Shown here piece by piece: positions 55,759 to 64,000 of a DNA stretch of 64,000 bases. Positions within the stretch are counted from its first letter, which is position 1; each line of letters begins with the position of its first letter. A program made the position numbers and the translations under genes. Origin of the DNA: Candidatus Latescibacterota bacterium. Lineage in GTDB: Bacteria; Latescibacterota; UBA2968. Location: positions 1,472,001-1,536,000 of the forward strand of contig OZ241986.1 of NCBI GenBank assembly GCA_965204375.1, in the 5' to 3' direction. Under the pieces are notes generated by a model. It was not told the origin of the DNA. It was given only the letters and a program-made list of their open reading frames with translations, and did no database searches.

Positions 55759-58293
55759 CTAAAATTTCGGTGCTGGAAAATCTGGAAGCGGCGTGTTGCG
55801 AAATATCTCCCATTCTGTGCGGAGATCGTTGAGCCATGGGAGAAGGGTTTGGAGACGCGATTCGAGTTGGGCTTCAAAGAGCGATTCTGGCTCAACTGGG
55901 CTGCCATTGGATTCGATGACCTGGAGGGTATTTTCATTAAACGCGGCGGGATCGCCGTGTAAGCCAACGATAATGGGCTGCACAAATCGGTCGCGCGCGT
56001 CGCCCGGTCGCCAAAAATCGTAGTATCTCAGAATGCCTCGATGTTTGAAATTCCAGAGGACATAATGCTTGAGGTGATTGGGATAATTGGCGAGGGACGC
56101 GCCGCTGCCATACAGGATACCGCCATTGACGCGATCGAGTAGGCTGGCATAAGGTTGAGCACCATGGGCGTCAATGCGTTGATCTGAACGCATGTCATAA
56201 CGCCAGTACACGGTTCCGGCAGAGCGACTGTTCGTGCCCGGTCCATGCCAGTGGCCTGCGAGGTCTTCTGACAGCCCGACCCATACGCCATAACCGCCAT
56301 CGCTGGCAATAGATGAATGGCCCAGATTTCCCGCCTGTGTGACGTGGTACACAGATACTGCAGAACTCAAACTTACGCGAAGGGCGCGATTGCAATTGAT
56401 GAAGGATGTGCGCCGTATCCAGGAATTGACACATCGGTTGAGCCGGAGCAAACTCCAGCCACCATCATGAATGGCGTCTTTGTGGTGGACAAAATCATCC
56501 AGCCAGGTGCCGTGAAAGCTGATGTCTTCAACGCCGACCTCTTCAAGGTGCTGATACTCGCGCACGGTCCAGTTATGCGTGTGGTTGACATCGGTGTGCA
56601 GGGGTTCATTGAGGCGAATTCGATTGCCCTGTATTTCGGCTATACTGTGCTTTTCGCGCACTTGTATCCCGTTGGTCAGCATGGCCGTCCAGATGGATTC
56701 TGCCGAGTACGGCGCGAGAAATTCCGAGATGGCTACGGTGCTGTTCATATAGAACGTAATCCATTGGCCTGGAAAGAGTCTGGAAGCGTCTGCTACTGTG
56801 ATGTAGAAGGTCTCTCGGTCAGCGCTTTCCGTAATGGACGTCAGGGATCTATCGCTTGTATTGCGGGGTTGGAAAATGAACATATAGGGCGATGTCCACA
56901 GTTGTTCGGGATTGAGTGGCGGCATGTAGTTCACCTGGCGGATGATCGTGCCTCCGCTTCGGCTGCCGCTGCCTCTGAGGATGATATTGCTGTTGCGGAT
57001 GTAGATGGGCTGGTTGTTGTCGGCGTTGGTATTGACGAGAAATTCGCCTGGGGGAAAGAAGACAATGCCGCCGTTGTTTTGCTCGGCTGCGGCAATTGTG
57101 CGTACGATGGCTGCCTGATCGGAGAGGCCATCGTTGGGGATAGCGCCATAAGCTGTGACGTCGAATACGTCGCCCTGGATATCTGGAACGGGTTTGTCAA
57201 AGTAGTGATAGCCCGCGTAGGAAAAATCGGGCAAAATGGGTTCTGTGCCATTCTCTTTGGCCGCTACAAATTGTGTCCAGGTGTGTGCGGGACCACTCTG
57301 AGGTAAGTAAGATATCCAACTGCTTCGCGTTTGTATATAATTTGCAACCTGCGCCCAAATTGGGATAGGATGTGTACTGGAAGGATCGCGTGAGGCGAGA
57401 ATATCCCGAGGAATTGGCACGCGAATCAGAGTTGTTCCCGCTTGAATGGTCTGTGTCAACAGGGTCTGGGTTTCGGTTCCTACCGCAATACTCAATGGTT
57501 GTGTGGTGTAATTTTCAAATGTGATGGGTATGTACCACTGCGTGCCGTCAGATCCGAATCCAGCTACGAAAGTGAGAAAATCTCCAAAACCGATTTGTCC
57601 GTCAGAATTGAGATCGTAGATGGGATCATATCCCGCATCGGTCTGGGTTGCACCGAATTTTTGGGCGAAGAGTAGAAAATCAGTAAAACCAACGGCTCCA
57701 TTGCCATCAAAATCGAGATGGTCAATGGAGCCTTTTTCCTGTACTGGCGCGTCAACTTGCCAGGAAAAGGTCTGATCGACGGTTGCAATATGGTCAATGA
57801 GCAGGCGTGCATTTGAATTTGGGCCGGTTTCTGTTCTAAATGTCATGTATCGCCTGTTGTAATCGGGTTCTCTACCCCAGTTATCGTATTGGGGTTTTGA
57901 CAGTTCTATAACGGCAAGTTGCCAACCTTGAGGCGGTGTTTGTCCCTCCCAGATCGTATATACGGCTTCCATGCCGCCGACCAGGGGATAGTTGCGAACC
58001 TTGATTTTGAGGTCCCTCAGGCCACTGCCTTCTACTTTCCACCAGAAGCTCAAGCTGTGTTTTTTGGAGATGTCCTGCCCTGTGCTGAAAAAATTGTAGG
58101 TGAAAAATCCCGTCTGACCTGCAGGTAGAGAGGCTGCGATGGCAAAGCGACCCTCTGGCGCGTCTTTAGACAATTGTAAGCCACTGGACCATCCGGAAAG
58201 ATTGTCGCAATCGGTCAGGGTTTGCACCGGATCGCTGGCAAAGCAAACACAGGTCCACAGAAATACAATTGTGAAGGCGGTAATTGATCGCAT
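55759..58293 (-). CDS. Secreted multidomain protein: N-terminal CBM-like domain, dockerin/EF-hand pair, DUF4955-like beta-helix (polysaccharide-lyase-like)
   Basis: Signal MRSITAFTIVFLWTCVCFA; DFDGNGAVGFTDF...DLNSDGQIGFGDF; LPDFSYAGY, FDVTAYGAIPNDG, GIVFFPPGEF, VEPESLFEAQL. Confidence 0.8.
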   Translation of the reverse strand: MRSITAFTIVFLWTCVCFASDPVQTLTDCDNLSGWSSGLQLSKDAPEGRFAIAASLPAGQTGFFTYNFFSTGQDISKKHSLSFWWKVEGSGLRDLKIKVRNYPLVGGMEAVYTIWEGQTPPQGWQLAVIELSKPQYDNWGREPDYNRRYMTFRTETGPNSNARLLIDHIATVDQTFSWQVDAPVQEKGSIDHLDFDGNGAVGFTDFLLFAQKFGATQTDAGYDPIYDLNSDGQIGFGDFLTFVAGFGSDGTQWYIPITFENYTTQPLSIAVGTETQTLLTQTIQAGTTLIRVPIPRDILASRDPSSTHPIPIWAQVANYIQTRSSWISYLPQSGPAHTWTQFVAAKENGTEPILPDFSYAGYHYFDKPVPDIQGDVFDVTAYGAIPNDGLSDQAAIVRTIAAAEQNNGGIVFFPPGEFLVNTNADNNQPIYIRNSNIILRGSGSRSGGTIIRQVNYMPPLNPEQLWTSPYMFIFQPRNTSDRSLTSITESADRETFYITVADASRLFPGQWITFYMNSTVAISEFLAPYSAESIWTAMLTNGIQVREKHSIAEIQGNRIRLNEPLHTDVNHTHNWTVREYQHLEEVGVEDISFHGTWLDDFVHHKDAIHDGGWSLLRLNRCVNSWIRRTSFINCNRALRVSLSSAVSVYHVTQAGNLGHSSIASDGGYGVWVGLSEDLAGHWHGPGTNSRSAGTVYWRYDMRSDQRIDAHGAQPYASLLDRVNGGILYGSGASLANYPNHLKHYVLWNFKHRGILRYYDFWRPGDARDRFVQPIIVGLHGDPAAFNENTLQVIESNGSPVEPESLFEAQLESRLQTLLPWLNDLRTEWEIFRNTPLPDFPAPKF

Positions 58294-58542
58294 GGTTTTT
58301 CCCGTCAACTGTTCTATTGGAGGTTTGTCTAATATACTCAATTAGCGCTTGGAGAGACAAGTCTTTCGTGCCATATTGTCTGCCTGTGGGACATGGCGAC
58401 ATATCGGTTGATGTCAAAATGGGATATTTGTGGCGATCTGACAGGTTGGGAGATGGGCGGAAATCTGAAAAAATGGTGAGGAAAATTTTTAAAATTTTTA
58501 TTTACAATATGTTATTAAAATTTTTGAGAAAACAGAAAATAG

Positions 58543-58558
58543 TGGCACGGGAGTTGCA
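58543..58558 (+). promoter_or_regulatory. Sigma-54 (-24/-12) promoter of hsp20
   Basis: TGGCAC-GGGAG-TTGCA; AT-rich IHF-like tract and repeated enhancer-like motifs upstream. Confidence 0.8.
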
Positions 58559-58579
58559 ACAGAAATAGGGCGAGACGAA

Positions 58580-58601
58580 CAAGCAACCAATAACCAATAA
58601 C
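58580..58601. repeat. Short heptamer repeat in the hsp20 5' UTR
   Basis: CAAGCAA CCAATAA CCAATAA C. Confidence 0.45.
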
Positions 58602-58614
58602 AGGAGGTATTGTG

Positions 58615-59052
58615 ATGGCACTTATTCGTTGGCAGCAACCCCGTGAGTCTTTCGCGCTGAATCGCGAAATCGACAATCTGGTGAGCAAGTTCTGGGGCGA
58701 CCTGGATACCTGGCACGGCACGGGCTGGAATCCCCGCGTGGATGTAGTGGAATCGGATCATGAATTTACCGTTCACGCCGAATTGCCCGGGCTGAACAAG
58801 GATGATATCAAGGTGACGCTCGAAGACAATGTGCTCACAATTGAAGGCGAGCGGAAGCGCGAAGATGAGCAGAAGGATAAGCATTTCTTCCGTCGTGAAC
58901 GTTCCTACGGGAAATTTAAGCGCGCCTTCAAGCTCGGCACAGAAGTACAAGCCGACAAAATTGCTGCGAATTACAAGGACGGGATTTTGACCCTCACTTT
59001 GCCCAAGTCTGAAGCGGCGAAACCCCGCCAAATCGATGTTGCGGTATCGTAA
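58615..59052 (+). CDS. Hsp20/alpha-crystallin small heat-shock protein
   Basis: PRVDVVE, AELPG, LTIEGER, ERSYGKFKR, ANYKDGILTLTLPK. Confidence 0.95.
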   Translation: MALIRWQQPRESFALNREIDNLVSKFWGDLDTWHGTGWNPRVDVVESDHEFTVHAELPGLNKDDIKVTLEDNVLTIEGERKREDEQKDKHFFRRERSYGKFKRAFKLGTEVQADKIAANYKDGILTLTLPKSEAAKPRQIDVAVS

Positions 59053-59074
59053 TTGAGTGAGCTCGTCAATCGCC

Positions 59075-59108
59075 GGGCCATCTCGCAAGGGCGGGATGGC
59101 CCTTTTTT
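59075..59108 (+). terminator. Intrinsic terminator between hsp20 and clpB
   Basis: GGGCCATCTCGC-AAGG-GCGGGATGGCCC followed by T6. Confidence 0.8.
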
Positions 59109-59122
59109 ATGGAAAAAACAAA

Positions 59123-61285
59123 ATGGATATGAACAAATTGACACAGAAATCGCAGGAGGCTTATGAGGCACTTGAAAAATACGGTGTTGATCTGGTAGCC
59201 GAGGCGCGCGCGGGCAAATTGGATCCCGTGATTGGGCGCGATGAGGAAATTCGCCGCGTGATTCGCATTTTGTCGCGCAAGACCAAAAATAACCCGGTGC
59301 TAATTGGTGAACCCGGTGTGGGCAAGACCGCGATTATCGAAGGGCTGGCGCAGCGGATTGTGCGGGGCGATGTGCCCGAATGGCTCAAAGATCGGTCGGT
59401 TTTTTCTCTGGATATGGGTGCATTGATGGCTGGTGCAAAATATCGGGGCGAATTTGAAGAGCGTTTGAAAGCTGTTTTGAATGAGATTAAACAGAGCGAC
59501 GGTCATATTTTGTTATTTATTGACGAGGTCCACACGATTGTGGGCGCGGGTAAGACGGAGGGATCTACGGACGCGGGGAATATGCTTAAACCGATGCTGG
59601 CGCGGGGTGAATTGCACTGTATTGGGGCGACAACGCTTGACGAACACCGCCAGTATCTCGAAAAAGACGCTGCTCTGGAGCGGCGCTTTCAACCCGTGAT
59701 GGTTGATGCGCCATCTGTCGAGGACTCTATTTCGATTCTGCGGGGTTTACGCGAGCGATTTGAGATTCACCACGGAGTGGGGATTCAGGATAATGCGCTG
59801 GTCAATGCCGTGGTGTTGTCAGATCGATATATTTCAGATCGTTTTTTGCCCGATAAGGCGATTGATCTGGTGGATGAGGCGTGTGCAATGGTGCGGACAG
59901 AGATCGACTCCCTGCCTTCAGAACTGGATGCTGTGACCCGTCGCGTGATGCAGTTCGAGATTGAGGAAGCCGCGTTGAAAAAAGAAAAGGATAAGTCGAG
60001 TCGGGAGCGGTTGCAGACACTTCAGAAAGAGTTGGCCGATTTGAGAGATCAAGCAGATGCGATGCGCGTGCAGTGGGAGAATGAAAAGCAGGAACTGGAT
60101 GGGGTGCGAACTTTGCGAAAGGAGATTGAGCAGACAAAACGCGAGATCGAGGAGGCAGAGCGGCAGTACGATCTCAACCGCGCCGCAGAATTGAAACACG
60201 GCACATTGCCCGATTTGGAACGGCAACTCAAAACCGCCGAAGATTCTCAATTGATGGATAATCGGTTGTTGCGCGAGGAGGTAACAGAGGAGGAAATCGC
60301 CGAGATTGCATCGCGGTGGACGGGTATTCCGGTGACGCGATTGGTCGAGGGAGAGCGCGAAAAGCTGCTGCGGTTGGACGATATTTTGCACGAGCGCGTC
60401 GTCGGGCAGGATGAGGCGGTTTCTCTGGTGGCCGATGCGGTGATTCGGGCGCGTGCGGGGATCAAGGATCCGCGTCGTCCCATCGGGTCGTTCATTTTTT
60501 TAGGCCCATCCGGCGTTGGCAAGACCGAACTTGCTCGCTCACTATCAGAAGTACTTTTTGATAGCGAAGACAGTATGATTCGCGTCGATATGAGCGAGTA
60601 TATGGAAAAACACGCAGTGTCTCGTTTGATCGGTGCCCCCCCTGGCTACATCGGGTATGACGAAGGAGGGCAGTTGACAGAAGCGGTGCGTCGTAAACCG
60701 TATTCGGTGATTTTGTTCGACGAGATTGAAAAGGCTCACAGCGATGTTTTCAATATTTTGCTTCAGTTGCTCGAGGACGGCCGCTTGACAGATGCACAAG
60801 GGCATGTCGTGGATTTTAAGAATACGGTGATAATTATGACATCAAATATCGGTTCGCCGTATTTGCTCGAGGGTGTGACTGATGATGGTGAAATCTGCGA
60901 ATCTGCACGCGATGCGGTGATGACGGAATTGAGACAGCAGTTCAGACCCGAATTTCTCAATCGTATAGATGATGTGGTGCTGTTTAAGCCGCTGTTGTTG
61001 TCGGAGATCACCAAAATTGTGGATCTGCTTATTGTGGATTTGTGTAACCGGTTGTCCAACAGGCAGATTGGCCTCACACTGACAGAGGATGCAAAGATGC
61101 TTATCGCCCGAAAAGGGTTTGATCCAGTGTTTGGCGCACGCCCCCTCAAACGGTTCTTACAGCACGAATTGGAGACGCGCATTGGGCGTGCGTTAATCAG
61201 TGGCGATATATTGGATGGCGCGCAGATTGAGGTGGATGTGTCAGACGGTGATCTGGTGATTAAAGATGCGAGAGGTGGGGAGTAA
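59123..61285 (+). CDS. clpB: ClpB disaggregase lacking the N-terminal Clp-repeat domain (720 aa)
   Basis: [22 protein letters not shown], long M-domain, [32 protein letters not shown]; no IGF loop. Confidence 0.93.
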   Translation: MDMNKLTQKSQEAYEALEKYGVDLVAEARAGKLDPVIGRDEEIRRVIRILSRKTKNNPVLIGEPGVGKTAIIEGLAQRIVRGDVPEWLKDRSVFSLDMGALMAGAKYRGEFEERLKAVLNEIKQSDGHILLFIDEVHTIVGAGKTEGSTDAGNMLKPMLARGELHCIGATTLDEHRQYLEKDAALERRFQPVMVDAPSVEDSISILRGLRERFEIHHGVGIQDNALVNAVVLSDRYISDRFLPDKAIDLVDEACAMVRTEIDSLPSELDAVTRRVMQFEIEEAALKKEKDKSSRERLQTLQKELADLRDQADAMRVQWENEKQELDGVRTLRKEIEQTKREIEEAERQYDLNRAAELKHGTLPDLERQLKTAEDSQLMDNRLLREEVTEEEIAEIASRWTGIPVTRLVEGEREKLLRLDDILHERVVGQDEAVSLVADAVIRARAGIKDPRRPIGSFIFLGPSGVGKTELARSLSEVLFDSEDSMIRVDMSEYMEKHAVSRLIGAPPGYIGYDEGGQLTEAVRRKPYSVILFDEIEKAHSDVFNILLQLLEDGRLTDAQGHVVDFKNTVIIMTSNIGSPYLLEGVTDDGEICESARDAVMTELRQQFRPEFLNRIDDVVLFKPLLLSEITKIVDLLIVDLCNRLSNRQIGLTLTEDAKMLIARKGFDPVFGARPLKRFLQHELETRIGRALISGDILDGAQIEVDVSDGDLVIKDARGGE

Positions 61286-61307
61286 GAAGGGAGAAATATA
61301 TATGATT

Positions 61308-61354
61308 AAGCCCGGGTGAGCTTCTGGAGAAGTTTATCCGGGCTTTTTGTTTTT
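61308..61354 (+). terminator. Intrinsic terminator after clpB
   Basis: AAGCCCGGGTGAGCTTCT-GG-AGAAGTTTATCCGGGCTT followed by TTTGTTTTTT. Confidence 0.8.
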
Positions 61355-61417
61355 TGCATCGCCTTTTTCCTCTTTACTCCTGTTATTCTCCGCTGTATCA
61401 TTTGGAACCATATCTGT

Positions 61418-61460
61418 TTCATCTTGCATATCACGAAATCCTGTACATCCCAGTTCAAAA
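61418..61460. repeat. Second, diverged copy of the ATCCTG periodic element
   Basis: TTC ATCTTGCAT ATCACGAA ATCCTGTAC ATCCCAGTTCAAA has the same 9-8-9 spacing as 10987-11030. Confidence 0.65.
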
Positions 61461-61477
61461 TATTTGAGGAGGTATTT

Positions 61478-62518
61478 ATGGCGGAAAGAGTGAAAGTGGC
61501 TGCGTTGGGGCTGGCACACGATCACGTGTGGTCAAATTTGCGCGCGCTCAAAGCGCTGGATAATGCCGATCTGGTGGCTGGTGCAGATGGCAATGCAGAG
61601 TTGCGAGAACAATTTGTTGAAGCTACGGGTTGTGAGCTGGTATATGACGATTTTGAAGCGTTGCTGGACAATGAGGAGCCGGATGCGGTGTTTGTATTTA
61701 CTCCGACAGCACATCACGCCAATGTGGTGGAATTGTGTGCGCCGCGCGGAATTCATGTGATGGTAGAAAAACCGATGGCGGCGACTTTAGAGCAAGCAGA
61801 CCGCATGTTGACGGCTGCGCGAAAGGCGGGGACGGTGTTGATGGTCAATTGGCCGACGGCGTGGAATCGCGGCATCCGCACGGCTTATCGCCTGGTGCAA
61901 GAAGGCGCGATTGGACAGGTGTGGCAACTGTTGTGGCGCGGTGGACATTGTGGACCGGATGAGTTGGGGTGTTCCGAACATTTTTGCGATTTCCTATTTG
62001 ATAGCCATCTCAATGGCGCAGGTGCTTTTAACGATTACGGGGGATATGGCGCGAGTTTGTGCGTGTTGTTTTTGGGGCGGCCAAACAGCGTGGTGGGAAT
62101 GGCGGGGCGGCTATTGAAAACGCATTTGCCCGTGGATGACAATGGGATGATGATTTTGCGCTATCCAAATGCGATGTGCCGGCTGGAGATGACATGGACA
62201 GAAGCTGTGCCGAACAAGCCGCCGCACGATTTGATGTTGCACGGGACGGAAGGGACGATTATTGCGGGAAACGATGTTGTTTTGTACACCCGCGATTGTA
62301 AAGACGGTAAAACAATTGCGCCAGATACATTGCCCGAAGGGGAAAATAATGCCTCCGAACATTTTATTTATTGTATTCAATCTGGCGCATCGCCCGGTTT
62401 TGTGACTTGCGCGGATTTGTCGCGCAATGCACAGGAAATTATGGAGGCGGGGCTTATTTCTGCGACCAATGGCAATGCCCTGGCATTGCCCATTGAAGAT
62501 CATTTGTTCAGGGAGTAG
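61478..62518 (+). CDS. Gfo/Idh/MocA family oxidoreductase
   Basis: LGLAHDH, HVMVEKPMA, MVNWP; GGAGG RBS. Confidence 0.88.
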   Translation: MAERVKVAALGLAHDHVWSNLRALKALDNADLVAGADGNAELREQFVEATGCELVYDDFEALLDNEEPDAVFVFTPTAHHANVVELCAPRGIHVMVEKPMAATLEQADRMLTAARKAGTVLMVNWPTAWNRGIRTAYRLVQEGAIGQVWQLLWRGGHCGPDELGCSEHFCDFLFDSHLNGAGAFNDYGGYGASLCVLFLGRPNSVVGMAGRLLKTHLPVDDNGMMILRYPNAMCRLEMTWTEAVPNKPPHDLMLHGTEGTIIAGNDVVLYTRDCKDGKTIAPDTLPEGENNASEHFIYCIQSGASPGFVTCADLSRNAQEIMEAGLISATNGNALALPIEDHLFRE

Positions 62519-62521
62519 GGG

Positions 62522-64000
62522 ATGCGGTGGTTTATTCTCGTCGTATTTACCATTGTTTTCGCCGCTCAAAGCGCGGCGCAAGAGGGTGAGATTAATCGGG
62601 ACAGTCTTGCAGTTTTGTTGGCTGAAGTCCCTGTTGATACGCTGGCCGCAAAACTGGGCGATTCTCTGTTTTCACCCCCAGAGGGGAAGGCGCGTATTTT
62701 GCGCGATGCTTACGGCGTACCCCACATTTATGGGCGCACAGATGAGGATGTCGCGTTTGGTTTTGGCTATGCACAGGCAGAAGATCATCTCCTGCAGATG
62801 TTGAAGAATTTTCGTCAAGCCAGAGGGCGTTTAGCCGAAGTCGAGGGCACTTCGGCCTTAAAATTAGATGAAATGGCTTTGCAATGGCGCATCCACAGCG
62901 TTGCGGGTGAACGGTATGGGGATATTTCTGAGGAGACGCGACAATATATCGCGGCTTTTGTTGAGGGCATCAACCACTATATTGAAATTCATCGGCAGGT
63001 ATTGCCACAGTGGGTGCAGGATGTGCGGGCGGTAGATGTAGTGGCTCTTGCGCGGTGGATTTTGTTCTTGTTTGCCGAGCAGACCGGTGAATCTGAATTG
63101 GCTCGTGTGGGATTGACAACATCGGTTCCCAAATTGCCGGGGTCCAATCTGTGGGTTGTCGGACCATCCCGGTCTGGCAGCGGCGCACCTGTGCTGGCGA
63201 TGGATCTGCAATTGCCATACACAACGCCTTTTCAGCTTTGCGAAGCGCATCTGGTCAGCAATGCGGGTTTGAATGTGATGGGGGCAACATTTTTTGGACT
63301 GCCAGTTATTTTTGCCGGTCACAATGACCACATGGCCTGGTCAATGACTTCCAATGATATTGATGTTTTTGATTTGTACGAAGAGCGTCTGGATCCCCTC
63401 AATCCCAGACGCTATTTTTATGGGGATGAGAAAAGGCGCGTGGTGTCGCGGCGCGTGAAAATCCATAGCGAGGAGGGGATGCGGGAAGTTGAACGCGAAT
63501 TTCTCTATACCGATCACGGTCCAGTCTATAAGACGATTGGCAACTGGGCTTATGCTGCGCGTACGAGTGTGGCTGATCGCGTGGATGCAATGGGTCAGTT
63601 ATTGGCGATGAATCGCGCGGGGTCACTGAGCGCGTTTCAGCAGGCGCTTTCGCGTTTAGAGCTACCGGTTTTTAATGTGATATACGGCGATGTGATGGGT
63701 GAGATTTTTTACGTGTTTAATGGTCGCTGTCCCGTGCGATCAGAAAATTTCGATTGGCGCGCGCCTGTGCCGGGCTGGATGCCTGAGACAGAGTGGAGAG
63801 GTATGATCGCATTTTCTCAATTGCCGCAAGTGCACAATCCCGCTTCTGGCTCTTTGCAGAATTGCAATGTCTCGCCAGATGTGGTTGCGATTGATAGTGG
63901 TTTTAAAAGGGAAGATTTCCCTCCGTTTTTGGGGTGGGGGACACCCAATTATCGCGCACAGCGAATTGTGAACTGGTTGCTCACGCATCAAAATATCGTG
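62522..64000 (+). CDS. Penicillin acylase family Ntn-hydrolase (partial, runs off the window)
   Basis: Hand translation: signal peptide, ILRDAYGVPHIYG, FGFGYAQAED, GSNLWVVGPSRS (catalytic Ser codon at 63143). Confidence 0.9.
   Translation, partial: MRWFILVVFTIVFAAQSAAQEGEINRDSLAVLLAEVPVDTLAAKLGDSLFSPPEGKARILRDAYGVPHIYGRTDEDVAFGFGYAQAEDHLLQMLKNFRQARGRLAEVEGTSALKLDEMALQWRIHSVAGERYGDISEETRQYIAAFVEGINHYIEIHRQVLPQWVQDVRAVDVVALARWILFLFAEQTGESELARVGLTTSVPKLPGSNLWVVGPSRSGSGAPVLAMDLQLPYTTPFQLCEAHLVSNAGLNVMGATFFGLPVIFAGHNDHMAWSMTSNDIDVFDLYEERLDPLNPRRYFYGDEKRRVVSRRVKIHSEEGMREVEREFLYTDHGPVYKTIGNWAYAARTSVADRVDAMGQLLAMNRAGSLSAFQQALSRLELPVFNVIYGDVMGEIFYVFNGRCPVRSENFDWRAPVPGWMPETEWRGMIAFSQLPQVHNPASGSLQNCNVSPDVVAIDSGFKREDFPPFLGWGTPNYRAQRIVNWLLTHQNIV

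Noticed and set aside
56317-57306. Long opposite-strand or alternative-frame ORFs (e.g. 56317-57306, 38855-39664, 52319-53113, 22882-23664)
   Set aside because: They overlap well-supported genes and have no recognisable motifs, so they are treated as shadow ORFs.
58342-58368. CIRCE element upstream of hsp20 (TTAGCGCTT...)
   Set aside because: No matching GAGTGCTAA right arm at 9-nt spacing.

Overview
A 64-kb stretch of bacterial chromosome with about 57 mostly + strand CDSs. No tRNA, rRNA, CRISPR array or intact transposase was seen. The gene content (many Gfo/Idh/MocA oxidoreductases, enolase-superfamily enzymes, PhyH, sulfatase-fold protein, DUF6785-type membrane protein, FlgD/CTD- and dockerin-bearing secreted proteins) suggests an FCB-group, Latescibacterota/Gemmatimonadota-like heterotroph; this taxonomy is inference only. 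Housekeeping blocks are rsbW-hpf-hprK-lysC, anmK, ccsA-sirC-hemA-hemC-cobA/hemD, galU, mreBC, asd (behind a lysine riboswitch) and hsp20-clpB (sigma-54 promoter). The most notable observations are: a ClpB whose N-terminal domain is cleanly deleted in frame; a stand-alone cohesin-CTD protein plus a dockerin-bearing DUF4955-like enzyme (possible mini-cellulosome-type assembly); a promoter-and-terminator-bounded ~73-nt antisense RNA overlapping the leader of an unknown gene next to a vapBC pair; a switch-like terminator leader ahead of a long catabolic gene run; dispersed 7/8/9-nt periodic intergenic repeats; an orphan M.NlaIII-like methyltransferase; and a sulfatase-fold protein with Thr at the nucleophile position. 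All family assignments come from motif recognition, not database searches.
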